60,650 nucleotides of DNA from an uncultured bacterium. GTDB taxonomy: Bacteria; UBA8481. This document shows, piece by piece, positions 8,064-17,333 of the stretch. The position numbers and the translations under genes are program-made. How positions within the stretch are numbered: the first letter of the stretch is position 1; each line of letters opens with the position of its first letter. Below the pieces are notes generated by a model. It did no database searches, had not been told where the DNA came from, and saw nothing but the letters and a program-made list of their open reading frames with translations. Location of the stretch: contig CAZCME010000001.1 in assembly GCA_964499705.1 (NCBI GenBank), forward strand, positions 447,243-507,892. Direction: 5' to 3'.

Positions 8064-9509
8064 ATGTCAGGATCGGATCAGGCGAAGAACAGGGTGATGG
8101 CAATGCGAATCGGAGGCGGCATCGCGCTCGTCGCCGCGGCCACGGTCGCGATCATGCTCCTCCTGGAAAATATCGCCACGCGCCAGGAGGAAGCCCGCCA
8201 GGTCGTCTTCCGCGTTGTCGATATTGACGAATCGACCATCGATCCCGCCATCTGGGGCAAGAATTTCCCGCGCCAGTACGACGGCTATCTGCGAACGGTG
8301 GACCTGGAGAGAACCCGTCACGGCGGGAGCGAGGCCTTCCAGAAGCTCGATGAGGACGCGCGATGGCGCGAGCTTTTCCGCGGCTATGCCTTCGGCATTG
8401 ACTATCGCGAGGAGCGCGGCCACGCCTACATGCTCTCGGACCAGGAACAGACGGAGCGTGTCACGAAATTCAAGCAGCCCGGAGCCTGTCTCCATTGCCA
8501 CTCCTCGGTCATTCCCGCGTACCGGGATGCCGGCCGCAATGCCGGCGTTCCCGACGATCCGGCGCGGAGCGAGGAGCAGTTGATGAAGGGCTTCGAGCTC
8601 GTCAATGCGATGCGTTATTCCGACGCCCGCAAGCTCGTGCAGCACCCGATCGCCTGCGCCGACTGCCACGATCCCAATACGATGCAGCTCCGTGTTACCC
8701 GCCCCGGCTTCATCAACGGCATCCGCGCGCTCGCGGGAAGCTCCGATCCCGTGCCGCATCTTCCCAGCATCGAGCGTTGGCGGACGGGAAATCGCGCCCG
8801 CGTCTACGATCCGAATCGCGACGCGACGCGCCAGGAGATGCGGAGCTTCGTCTGCGGCCAGTGCCACGTCGAGTATTATTTCCTCGGCGACACCAAGCTG
8901 CTCACGTACCCGTGGTTCAACGGACTGAAGGTTCAGCAGATCGAGGCTTACTATGATGACGTCAAGCACAAGGACTGGATCCACACGACAGACAGCGCTC
9001 CGGTATTGAAGGCGCAGCACCCGGAGTTCGAGATGTGGAGCCAGGGCATACACGCGCGGAGCGGAGTCGCCTGCGCGGACTGCCACATGCCGTACAAGCG
9101 CGAAGGAGCCATCAAGATCAGCGATCACCATATCCGCAGTCCGCTGCTGAACATCTCCCGCGCCTGCCAGACGTGCCATAGTTTCCCCGAGAGCGAGATC
9201 AAGGCGCGCGCGGAACTCATCCAGGACCGAACGAAGGCCCTGATGATCCGGGCGGAAGAAGCGACCATCGACCTGATCGAGGCGGTGGTTGAAGCGAGAG
9301 CGTCCGGCGCTTCCGACGCCCAATTGGCCGACGCCCGCGCGCTCCATCGCAAGGCGCAGTGGCGCCTCGACTTTGTCGCGGCCGAGAACTCCATGGGCTT
9401 TCATGCGCCGCAGGAAGCCGCGCGCATTCTTGCGGAAGCGATCGATTATGCCCGGCAGGGTGAGGTGGAAGTGACGCGGCAAATGCTAGTGGCGGCGAAG
9501 AGAATGTAG
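8064..9509 (+). CDS. nrfA: Ammonia-forming pentaheme cytochrome c nitrite reductase (CXXCH-at-heme-1 variant)
   Basis: DYREERGHAY; heme motifs CLHCH, CADCH, CGQCHVEYYF, CADCH, CQTCH; LKAQHPEFE; AENSMGFHAP. GGAGG RBS 8 nt before ATG 8064. Confidence 0.95.
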   Translation: MSGSDQAKNRVMAMRIGGGIALVAAATVAIMLLLENIATRQEEARQVVFRVVDIDESTIDPAIWGKNFPRQYDGYLRTVDLERTRHGGSEAFQKLDEDARWRELFRGYAFGIDYREERGHAYMLSDQEQTERVTKFKQPGACLHCHSSVIPAYRDAGRNAGVPDDPARSEEQLMKGFELVNAMRYSDARKLVQHPIACADCHDPNTMQLRVTRPGFINGIRALAGSSDPVPHLPSIERWRTGNRARVYDPNRDATRQEMRSFVCGQCHVEYYFLGDTKLLTYPWFNGLKVQQIEAYYDDVKHKDWIHTTDSAPVLKAQHPEFEMWSQGIHARSGVACADCHMPYKREGAIKISDHHIRSPLLNISRACQTCHSFPESEIKARAELIQDRTKALMIRAEEATIDLIEAVVEARASGASDAQLADARALHRKAQWRLDFVAAENSMGFHAPQEAARILAEAIDYARQGEVEVTRQMLVAAKRM

Positions 9510-9587
9510 CCTTTGGGAAATCCCACATCCCAAATCCCAATGTTGTCCGCCGAAGGATGAAAATAGGATCTAGGACTTGAATGGCGC

Positions 9588-10952
9588 TTAGCTTTTTACA
9601 GCCTCTTCCTCGCCCTCCAGCTTTCGATACAGCGAGGACAATCCAATCCCCAGTTTCTCGGCCGCCGCCTTCTTGTCGCCTTCGCACTGTTCGATGACGC
9701 GGAGGATATGATCGCGCTCGAATTGCGAGACCGCCGATCTGAGGCTTCCCGACTCGGCCGTTTCTCCGGGATCGGGCATCGATCCGGGCAGATCGTCCAT
9801 CGTGATCTCCTCGCCTTCGCAGAGGATGACGGCGCGCTCGATGACGTTCTCCAGCTCGCGGACGTTTCCCTTCCAGGGGCCGGCCATCATCGCGCGGAGC
9901 GCGTCGGCGCGAATGCCGTGGATCGGTCTCCGCGATCGCGTGGCATAGCGATTGACGAAGTGCCGCGCCAGCACGGGTATGTCCTCCCGCCGCTCGCGCA
10001 GGGGAGGCATCCGGACTTCGAAGACGTGGACGCGATAGAAGAGATCTTCCCGGAAGCGTCCCGCCTTCACTTCATCCTCCAGGTTCCGGTTGGTCGCCGC
10101 GACGATGCGCGGTTCGCACCGGATCGGTCCGGGGGCTCCGACCGGGAGCACCTCTCCGGTATCGAGCGCGCGGAGGAGCTTCACCTGCATGGAAAGGGGC
10201 AGCTCGCCGATCTCGTCGAGGAAGAGCGTCCCGTTCTCGGCGACGCGGAAGAGCCCGTCCTTGTGAGCGATCGCGCCGGTGAAGGATCCCTTGCGGTGGC
10301 CGAAGAGCTCGGACTCCAGGAGGTTCTCGGGAATCGCTCCGCAGTTGACCGGCACGAAAGATCCTTCCCCGGGTTTCCCCGCGATGCTTCTCCGGTGGAT
10401 CTCCCGCGCGACGAGTTCCTTGCCGGTTCCGGACTCGCCGGTGATGAGGACCGTCGACGCGGTGCGCGCGACCTTCTCGACGAGCTTCTGAACATCCTTC
10501 ATCGCGGCGGATTCACCCAGCAGGCCCGGGAATTCTCCTTCGCGGGTATCGCGGGCGAGCGCCTCGGTCTGGCGCGTCAGCCTCGAGACCGACAGGACGC
10601 GCTCGATGCGCATCCGCAGCTCATCGAGGTTGCAGGGCTTCAGGATGTAGTCGACGGCCCCGCGCCGCATCGCCTCCACCGACGTCTCGATCGAACCGTG
10701 CGCCGTGATCATGATGACGGGCAGGGAAGGGACAAGATCGTGGATTTTTTCCAGCAGGGCGATGCCGTCCATCTTCGGCATGCGGATATCCGTGATGACG
10801 ACGTCATGGAGCGATTTGCGGAAGGCATCCCAGGCCGCGGCCCCGTCTCCGCACGTCTCGATTTCCCATCCGGCATCGCGGAGAATCTCGGCGGCGGCCT
10901 CGCGGAACGCGGCTTCGTCTTCGGCGATGAGGATATGGGGCGTTCGATTCAT
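9588..10952 (-). CDS. Sigma54-dependent response regulator (NtrC/AtoC family: REC-AAA+-Fis HTH)
   Basis: REC (ILIAEDE..DIRMPKMDG); GESGTGKE; ESELFGHRKGSFTGA; LFLDEIGE; WKGNVRELEN; HTH AAEKLGIGLSSLYRKL. Confidence 0.95.
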   Translation of the reverse strand: MNRTPHILIAEDEAAFREAAAEILRDAGWEIETCGDGAAAWDAFRKSLHDVVITDIRMPKMDGIALLEKIHDLVPSLPVIMITAHGSIETSVEAMRRGAVDYILKPCNLDELRMRIERVLSVSRLTRQTEALARDTREGEFPGLLGESAAMKDVQKLVEKVARTASTVLITGESGTGKELVAREIHRRSIAGKPGEGSFVPVNCGAIPENLLESELFGHRKGSFTGAIAHKDGLFRVAENGTLFLDEIGELPLSMQVKLLRALDTGEVLPVGAPGPIRCEPRIVAATNRNLEDEVKAGRFREDLFYRVHVFEVRMPPLRERREDIPVLARHFVNRYATRSRRPIHGIRADALRAMMAGPWKGNVRELENVIERAVILCEGEEITMDDLPGSMPDPGETAESGSLRSAVSQFERDHILRVIEQCEGDKKAAAEKLGIGLSSLYRKLEGEEEAVKS

Positions 10953-11049
10953 GAGAGCATCATCCGGAGTAAGGGGCGGCGGGTCAATATCGAATCCAAC
11001 TACAGGAGCTTATGGAGGGACAGGTGTCGATTCGTCGCGGAACAAAAGC

Positions 11050-11490
11050 TCATGCGGTCGGCTTTCCGCCCGTCTTCGTTTTTCTGCTCACCGCGTCATC
11101 CACAAGCCGGACAAGCTGCTCCATGTCGACCGGCTTCCTCAGGAATCCGTCGGCTTCGAAATGGAGCGCGCGCCAGACCTGGTGAATGTCGCCGTAGGCG
11201 GTGACGATGATGACGACGCGGTGGTCGCCGGTGCCGCGGAGAAGTTCGAGAAGATCGAGGCCTCCCGCATCGGGCATGCGGATGTCGGCGATGACGACGT
11301 CAGGATCGAAGGAGCGGATCTCCTTCATGGCGTCGCGGACGGAGCTGACGAAGTGGGCCTCGCACTCGGCATCGCGGAAATATTCCGCCACGGCTTCCGC
11401 GAACGGGGTTTCATCGTCGATGATGAGGATCCGCCGACGGGACGGGAGCGTCTCCTTCAGCCGTTGCTCCATGTGCGACCTGAGCGTCAT
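11050..11490 (-). CDS. Single-domain response regulator (receiver)
   Basis: RILIIDDE...DVVIADIRMPDAGG...IVTAYG...FLRKP. Start placed at ATG 11490, just after the upstream gene stop. Confidence 0.88.
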   Translation of the reverse strand: MTLRSHMEQRLKETLPSRRRILIIDDETPFAEAVAEYFRDAECEAHFVSSVRDAMKEIRSFDPDVVIADIRMPDAGGLDLLELLRGTGDHRVVIIVTAYGDIHQVWRALHFEADGFLRKPVDMEQLVRLVDDAVSRKTKTGGKPTA

Positions 11491-11498
11491 GATCGAGT

Positions 11499-12023
11499 TC
11501 AGGCCGTGCCGCTCGGGGCGACGAAAGAGGGAGCCGTGTCCTTGGCGATCTTGCGGGAGACGTTTTCCTTGCGCTGCTCGTATTCGAGCGTGATGAGTCG
11601 GACGCGCGCGCCGGAGAGCCGATTGCTGATCGTGCCGGAGAGGTTTTCGAAGACGCGCCATGCCAGCTCGGGGTGCCGCTTCATGCGCCAGCGCAATTCA
11701 TCGCCGTCGATGAGAATCACCTCGGATTCCTCCATCGCCGTGGCGGCCGCGGTGAATTCGTGGGGTGGAACCAGAGCGGACCATCCGAAGCATTCGCCCT
11801 TCCGGATGATCGCGACCGTGCCGTGATGGCCCGGCAATCGCATGGAGATCCGGACGCCTCCGGATTCGAGGTAATAGATGTCCTTCGCTGTCTCGTTTTC
11901 CTGGAAGATGAGCTTGCCGGCGGGGACGCGGACGCGGCGCACCACTTCCTGGAGTTCCCCGAGCGTCGCCGCATCCAGTCCGTGAAAGACGGGGATTTTT
12001 CCAAGAATGTCTGCTGAAATCAT
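11499..12023 (-). CDS. Stand-alone cyclic-nucleotide-binding (Crp/Fnr sensor-like) domain protein
   Basis: LGKIPVFHGL...IFQENETAKDIYYLESGGVRI...KGECFGWSALV...AAATAMEES; no HTH. AGGAGG RBS before ATG 12023. Confidence 0.85.
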   Translation of the reverse strand: MISADILGKIPVFHGLDAATLGELQEVVRRVRVPAGKLIFQENETAKDIYYLESGGVRISMRLPGHHGTVAIIRKGECFGWSALVPPHEFTAAATAMEESEVILIDGDELRWRMKRHPELAWRVFENLSGTISNRLSGARVRLITLEYEQRKENVSRKIAKDTAPSFVAPSGTA

Positions 12024-12051
12024 GAACCTGCCTCCTGTCACAAGGAGGTAG

Positions 12052-12067
12052 AGCAGAAAACGTGCCA
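12052..12067 (-). promoter_or_regulatory. Sigma54 (-24/-12) promoter for the cNMP-REC(-NtrC) genes
   Basis: Minus strand TGGCACGTTTTCTGCT, close to consensus TGGCACG-N4-TTGC, about 30 nt upstream of the start codon. Confidence 0.7.
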
Positions 12068-12241
12068 TCGCGATCCGGCGCGGCGGCAGGCCCTTCGCGG
12101 ACTGTGCGATGCAGTCTGTTCGCTTCCCGATGCGCGCATTTCAAGGAGTAAATGTGATCTGGCGGCCTTGGACGCGGTTTTCCGGCGGAAACCGGCGGCG
12201 ACCTGCTTCCCATACCTGAGAATCGGCGCTATCGTATTCTC

Positions 12242-13798
12242 ATGGGCTCGACCTTTTCTGCTCCGTCCGATCGCGACAGCATCGCTCTCCTCGAAGACGC
12301 GATGCGGTTCGTCGGCTTTACCGGCGACGACCTCGAAATTCTCCGCGGCCTCGCGCCGAAATTCCGTCCGCGATTCGCGGAGATGGCGGAGCTATTTTAC
12401 TCTTCGCTTCTCGCGCATCCCGGGGCGATGAGGGTTTTCTCCGGACCGGAACAGATCGAGCGCTTGAAGATCACGCTCATCCGGTGGGCGGAGGAACTCT
12501 TCACCGAAGAACGCGATGAAGCCTACGTGGTGAAGCGGCTCCGGATCGGAGCGGTGCATGTTTCGATCGATCTGGAGACCAAGTATATTCTCGGCGCCAT
12601 GGGGCTGGTCCGCGGTTTCCTTTCCGGAGCGGCGCGCCGCGGCCTGGCGGGCGAGGAAGCCAATGCCGCGATGGAATCCGTCAACCGCGCCTGCGACCTC
12701 GACATCATTCTCATGACCGAATCGTATCAGTTGAACACGCGCCTCCAGGACCTGGAGGAAGCCAACGATCGCCTGCGTCGCGTGCTGCAGCAGGCGCCGG
12801 TCGCGGTTTTTGTGTATGACGCGGGAGGTACGATCCGGGACTGGAATATCGCGTCCGAGAAACTCTACGGGTATGCCAGGCACGAGGCGGTCGGCGCCCA
12901 CATTCATGAATTGCTCGCCCTCCCCGCGGACAGGGATTTCGTGAAGGAACGTATTCGTCGCGTCTTCGAGGGCGTCTCCATAGGTCCGATGGAACAGGTG
13001 CATCTCGACAAGAAGGGGAGGCATCTGCGCCTGATTCTCGCTCATGCCGCGATTCGCGGCCCGCGCGGGATCGAGGAGGGAGTGGCGTTCGCGCTGGATC
13101 AGACCGAGATCGCGCAGTTACGCGAGAAGATGGTGGAACGGGAGAAGATCGCCGCCATGGGAACGCTGGCCGCCGGTCTCGCGCATGAAGTCGGCAACCC
13201 GCTCGCATCGATCTCCGCGATCTGCCAGCTCATCGAGAAGAAGGGCGACGACGGCAGGTTGAAGGAGCGCATCCGGACAGTCCGTGACGCGATCGACAGG
13301 ATCGATGTCATCGTCCGGCGCGTCCTGGAGTTCGCGCGCTCCAAGGGATCCTCGGATCATGAGTGTCTCGATCTCAAGGCCGCGGTCGCCGACGTCCTGA
13401 ACCTCGCGAGCATGGACCGAAGGGTGAAGAAGATGGAAGTAATGGAGCGGCTGCCCGAGAAACTTCCGGCCGTCCGCGTCCAGCGCACGGCGATGTCGCA
13501 GGTGCTCCTGAATCTCATTCTCAATTCCGCCGAAGCCTGTCGGGAAGGGGATCGGATCGAGATTCTCGCTGATGAGAATGACGGCGGCGTCAGTCTCATT
13601 ATTCAGGATAGCGGCCCCGGTTTCGCGGGCGAATCCCTGCACCGGGCGGTAGAGCCCTTCTACACGACGAAGGATTACGGATCCGGCCTCGGCCTTTCGA
13701 TCTCCTATTCGATCGTGGAGCGCGCGGGCGGGACATTGACGATTGCCAACGGGCCGGAAGGCGGCGCGCGCGTGGAGGTCTGGCTCCCTACGGCCTGA
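12242..13798 (+). CDS. Globin-coupled (protoglobin) PAS histidine kinase
   Basis: Globin domain FVGFTGDDLEIL...ELFYSSLLAHP...RLRIGAVHVSIDL; PAS domain (DWNIASEKLYGYARHEAVG); H-box AAGLAHEVGNPL; N, G1, F and G2 boxes (LILNSAEA, DSGPG, PFYTTK, GSGLGL). No TM segments. Confidence 0.92.
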   Translation: MGSTFSAPSDRDSIALLEDAMRFVGFTGDDLEILRGLAPKFRPRFAEMAELFYSSLLAHPGAMRVFSGPEQIERLKITLIRWAEELFTEERDEAYVVKRLRIGAVHVSIDLETKYILGAMGLVRGFLSGAARRGLAGEEANAAMESVNRACDLDIILMTESYQLNTRLQDLEEANDRLRRVLQQAPVAVFVYDAGGTIRDWNIASEKLYGYARHEAVGAHIHELLALPADRDFVKERIRRVFEGVSIGPMEQVHLDKKGRHLRLILAHAAIRGPRGIEEGVAFALDQTEIAQLREKMVEREKIAAMGTLAAGLAHEVGNPLASISAICQLIEKKGDDGRLKERIRTVRDAIDRIDVIVRRVLEFARSKGSSDHECLDLKAAVADVLNLASMDRRVKKMEVMERLPEKLPAVRVQRTAMSQVLLNLILNSAEACREGDRIEILADENDGGVSLIIQDSGPGFAGESLHRAVEPFYTTKDYGSGLGLSISYSIVERAGGTLTIANGPEGGARVEVWLPTA

Positions 13799-13816
13799 GC
13801 GCAGGGCCGGGACTCT

Positions 13817-13832
13817 CGGCACATCGATTGCA
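13817..13832 (+). promoter_or_regulatory. Putative sigma54 promoter upstream of the CDF transporter operon
   Basis: CGGCACATCGATTGCA = GG-N10-GC with TTGCA, in the 46-nt intergenic gap. Confidence 0.6.
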
Positions 13833-13844
13833 GTCATCTCTCTC

Positions 13845-14852
13845 ATGGATGCGACAACACCGACGGACCGCGAGATACGAGACGAGATGCAGCGCGCGAA
13901 GAGCCGTGCGGCGTCGCTCTCGGTCGCCGTCGGCCTTCTCCTTCTGGTCGTCAAGGTCGGAGCGTGGCTCATCACGGGTTCCGTGGCGATTCTTTCCGAC
14001 GCTCTGGAGTCGGTCGTTCACATCATCGCGGTGATCTTCACCGCTTATTCCGTTCGCCTCGCGTCGCGTCCCGCGGACCGGTCCCATCCTTACGGTCATG
14101 GAAAGGTGGAATATTTTTCTGCCGGCGTCGAAGGGCTGATGATCGTCATCGCCGCGATCGCGATCGTGTATCAGGCGACGATGGCTCTCCTGCGGGGCAG
14201 CACGCCCGCGGAACTCGAGGCCGGAACGCTCCTGACCGCCGTCGCCGCGCTCATCCTGGTGGCCCTCGGACGCCACATCATCGCGGTCGGGCGCCGCACC
14301 CGTTCGCTCGCGCTCGTCGCCGACGGTCAGCACATCCTGACTGATTCCTTCACCTCCTTCGGCGTCGTGGCCGGCCTCGCCGCCGTCTACGCGACGGGGT
14401 GGACAGTACTCGATCCGCTCATCGCGCTGGTCGTCGCCGCGAATATTCTCCATACCGGCGGCCACCTGATGCGCTCCGCTGTGGGCGGCCTCATGGACGA
14501 AGCCGACGCGCAGCTGCTGGGGGAACTGGCGCAATCCATGGAATCGCTCCGCACGGACGAATGCATCGACCTGCATCGGCTCCGCGCGTGGCGATCGAGC
14601 GATCTTGTACATGTCGATGCCCACCTCATGATCCCGAGGTATCGGACTGTCATGGAGGCGCATGAGTTGATGCACGACATGGAGTCGAAACTGAGGAAGA
14701 AGATGGGGCAGGAGATCCGGCTGCTTCTGCACCTGGATCCCTGCAGCTCGGAATTCTGTCCGGCCTGCGCCGTATCGGGATGTTCGTTGCGGACAGTACC
14801 GTTCAAGGCCCGTCCCGTCTGGGAGCTCGACGCGATCGTGGCGAGCGTATGA
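13845..14852 (+). CDS. Cation diffusion facilitator (FieF/YiiP-like) metal transporter with a Cys-rich tail
   Basis: SVAILSDALES, HPYGHGKVEYFS, ADGQHILTDS; C-terminal dimerisation domain ending HLDPCSSEFCPACAVSGC. Confidence 0.92.
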   Translation: MDATTPTDREIRDEMQRAKSRAASLSVAVGLLLLVVKVGAWLITGSVAILSDALESVVHIIAVIFTAYSVRLASRPADRSHPYGHGKVEYFSAGVEGLMIVIAAIAIVYQATMALLRGSTPAELEAGTLLTAVAALILVALGRHIIAVGRRTRSLALVADGQHILTDSFTSFGVVAGLAAVYATGWTVLDPLIALVVAANILHTGGHLMRSAVGGLMDEADAQLLGELAQSMESLRTDECIDLHRLRAWRSSDLVHVDAHLMIPRYRTVMEAHELMHDMESKLRKKMGQEIRLLLHLDPCSSEFCPACAVSGCSLRTVPFKARPVWELDAIVASV

Positions 14853-14877
14853 AGTGTATGAAAGGAGGCGATGAATC

Positions 14878-15246
14878 ATGACGGCAACCCTGGAGGAATA
14901 CAAATCCGCGGTACGACAGTTCGTGTGCGACAAGTGCGTCTGCTTCGAGGCGCAGAAGGGAAAACCGGAGCATTGCGCTCATGAAGCGTCCGGCGCCTGC
15001 CCGATCTTCGAGCATCTGCAGGAGGTCGTGGAGGTTGTGCGATCCGTGAAGAGCGAGGAACTGACGCCGTACATCGACGAACTCCGGCAGAAAGTCTGCT
15101 GCAAGTGCCGCCACCAGAACGCCGAAGGCTTCTGCGAGCTCCGCGACAGCGTCGCCCCGGTTCCCGCCTGGTGCATGCTGGATTCGTATATAAGCCTGGT
15201 TGTCAACGCCGTGGAGCGAGTGCAGGCCGGGGAGGCGGCGGCATGA
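14878..15246 (+). CDS. Small Cys-rich protein with an internally duplicated motif, function unknown
   Basis: AAGGAGG RBS; two similar halves, YKSAVRQFVCDKC..C..CPIFEHLQEVVEVV and YIDELRQKVCCKC..C..CMLDSYISLVVNAV. Confidence 0.8.
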   Translation: MTATLEEYKSAVRQFVCDKCVCFEAQKGKPEHCAHEASGACPIFEHLQEVVEVVRSVKSEELTPYIDELRQKVCCKCRHQNAEGFCELRDSVAPVPAWCMLDSYISLVVNAVERVQAGEAAA

Positions 15247-15304
15247 AGCACAGGCATTCCAACAAGCACGCCGCGGAAATTCAAGGAGTGAGAAGGAGGC
15301 CGTC

Positions 15305-15739
15305 ATGACGCGTTATACGGTTACAGGTGCGGTGATCATGATCCTGATCGGCACGGGGCTGTTGATATTCGGCGCATCGAGCGCGGAAGGAATCGTCTAC
15401 AAGACCGCCCGCGAAATTCGCGCCGAGTCCGACGCGACGCGCTCCTACCGCCTGACGGGTCATGCCAAGCGGGGTTCCATCGAGAAGATCCCGGCCGAGC
15501 GACGCGTCAACTTCGTCGTCATCGATCACGACAGCGCCGAGATGCGCGCGACCTACGCGGGAATCGTGCCCGACACGTTCAAGGACCGCGCGGAGGTCGT
15601 CCTCACGGGCCACTACGATCCCAAAAGGGATCTCTTCGTGGGCTCCGAACTGCTCGCCAAGTGCCCGTCGAAGTACCAGGGCCAGTACGACTCGACCGCG
15701 GCGGGGTTCAATCAGCCGGCGGGTGCGATGCCGCGCTGA
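15305..15739 (+). CDS. ccmE: Cytochrome c maturation heme chaperone, CxxxY variant
   Basis: N-terminal TM; YAGIVPDTFKDRAEVVLTG...SELLAKCPSKY; AGAAGGAGG RBS. Confidence 0.9.
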   Translation: MTRYTVTGAVIMILIGTGLLIFGASSAEGIVYKTAREIRAESDATRSYRLTGHAKRGSIEKIPAERRVNFVVIDHDSAEMRATYAGIVPDTFKDRAEVVLTGHYDPKRDLFVGSELLAKCPSKYQGQYDSTAAGFNQPAGAMPR

Positions 15740-15840
15740 CGAGCCGGAGAGAGGACGAGAATCCGGATCCGAGTATCCGAGGGAAGCCGGTACGGCGAGA
15801 TCATTTCCAAAAGGGAATCAGGACGCACTGGCGAAATACG

Positions 15841-15913
15841 CTCCCCGGGCAAGACTCGAACTTGCGACAACGCGGTTAACAGCCGCGTGCTCTACCGGCT
15901 GAGCTACCGGGGA
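15841..15913 (-). tRNA. tRNA-Asn(GTT)
   Basis: TCCCCGGTAGCTCAGCCGGTAGAGCACGCGGCT-GTT-AACCGCGTTGTCGCAAGTTCGAGTCTTGCCCGGGGAG; CCA not encoded. Confidence 0.97.
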
Positions 15914-16108
15914 AGGTGAAGCGGAATCATATCGGAGCATCGCCGTGGAGCCAACGAAAATTGAAAGTGCCGCGATGAGGAGATCCCTGGAAATAAATAT
16001 CGCGGAGCCGTGAAGCCGCGACATCGTCGAAAAAATCTTGTCGCTGGCATCGTCACGGCGATGTGACGGCCCGGGGCGCGGTTGCCCGCGCTCCGGGCAT
16101 CGCACTCT

Positions 16109-16705
16109 TTACTTCGTATAGCGGATCCGCACGGCGTCGAAGTGCACGGTCTTGTTGTCGCCCTCGACGACCAGCGCGAGATTGATCTCGCGGGTGTCGG
16201 TCCAGCCGGTGAGTTCGGCGAGGTCGAAGGTCTTCGATCCCGTCGCGGCTTCGCCGGTCACGATCTTCTTGTATTCGGCGTCCTTCCACGGATTCGGAGC
16301 GACACCGGCGCCCCAGGTGGAGCCGTCCACCTTGTCGACGACGACTTCGAGCATCGGGCCCTTGGAGAAATCGATGCCGGGGATTATGATGAGGGTCTTG
16401 CCCCAGACTTCCTTGCCGGACTCCGTCAGCATGCCCATGCCATCCTTGACCATGAGCGTGGCTCCGAGAGTTTTATCCTTCGCGGCGTCATAAAAGCCAT
16501 CCATCGAATCGAAGTTGTTTTCCCAGGCAAGCATGCCTTCCGGAGCCATCGCCGCCGTGTCCATCGCGGGTTCCGGCGCGGGCGCGGGAGCGACCGCCAT
16601 GGTGGTCGGCGGAGCCGCCGGAGCGGGAGGCTGGGAACCTCCGCAGGCCGCCAGTGAGAGCGCGGTCACGATGCCGATGCCGAGAGACTTCTTTGTTGCG
16701 TTCAT
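16109..16705 (-). CDS. Lipoprotein with a Pro/Ala linker and a beta-sandwich (carbohydrate-binding-like) domain
   Basis: Lipobox LSLAAC; PAPAAPPT linker; C-terminal ..KTVHFDAVRIRY, as in galactose-binding-like folds. Function inferred. Confidence 0.7.
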   Translation of the reverse strand: MNATKKSLGIGIVTALSLAACGGSQPPAPAAPPTTMAVAPAPAPEPAMDTAAMAPEGMLAWENNFDSMDGFYDAAKDKTLGATLMVKDGMGMLTESGKEVWGKTLIIIPGIDFSKGPMLEVVVDKVDGSTWGAGVAPNPWKDAEYKKIVTGEAATGSKTFDLAELTGWTDTREINLALVVEGDNKTVHFDAVRIRYTK

Positions 16706-16779
16706 GATTTCCTCCGTGAGCGCTTTTCGATTGCCGCGCTCGATTTTTTAGCGCGCTATTCAGTCGCAAACCGCGGCCC

Positions 16780-16809
16780 TTGTCAAGAGGGAGATCGGTC
16801 TTCTACAAT
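16780..16809 (+). promoter_or_regulatory. Sigma70-like promoter for the pilin gene
   Basis: TTGTCA-18-TACAAT, ending 8 nt before ATG 16818. The -35 lies in near-palindrome CTTGTCAAG, which gives TTGACA for the divergent lipoprotein gene. Confidence 0.45.
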
Positions 16810-16817
16810 GGGACGTC

Positions 16818-17333
16818 ATGCGCCGTGCGGGGATCAGGAGTTTAATCCGTTGTAAAGGCTTCACGCTCATTGAGTTACTTGTTGTGGTCACGATCATCGG
16901 TGTTCTGGCGGCGATCGCGCTGCCGCGGCTCCTCGGAGCCATCAAGACCGCGCGCGAAGGTCGAGCTCGCGGAAATCTGAGCGCGATACGGAAAGCGGTG
17001 CAGATGTATGCCGCCGATCATGCGGGAGCCTATCCCGCGAGACTGACGGATGTGGGACCCGGCGGGGGAAGTTCGACAACCGACGATACCATGATCCGCT
17101 ATTTTCCGGGCGGCATGATTCCCATCAATCCCATCGACGGCGAACTGAGCAGCGCCGCCCAGAATTTCGTCTGGAACCAGGCCAACTATGCGTCCGACTT
17201 TCCCGGTGGAATCAGCGTCATCGGCCCCGGCACCGACGGTTTCTGCTACTTCAACAAGGATGGCTGGGTCGCACTCAATTCCTCCAGCATCGCGACGAAC
17301 GGCAAGCCGTATTGCGACACCGAGACCTTCTGA
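16818..17333 (+). CDS. Type IV pilin/GspG-like pseudopilin
   Basis: Class III signal KG|FTLIELLVVVTIIGVLAAIALP with E5; NLSAIRKAVQMYAADHAGAYPARL; C-terminal Cys pair. Confidence 0.92.
   Translation: MRRAGIRSLIRCKGFTLIELLVVVTIIGVLAAIALPRLLGAIKTAREGRARGNLSAIRKAVQMYAADHAGAYPARLTDVGPGGGSSTTDDTMIRYFPGGMIPINPIDGELSSAAQNFVWNQANYASDFPGGISVIGPGTDGFCYFNKDGWVALNSSSIATNGKPYCDTETF

Noticed and set aside
10272-10295. GSFTGA instead of GAFTGA as a sign of an inactive activator
   Set aside because: GSFTGA is a common functional variant.
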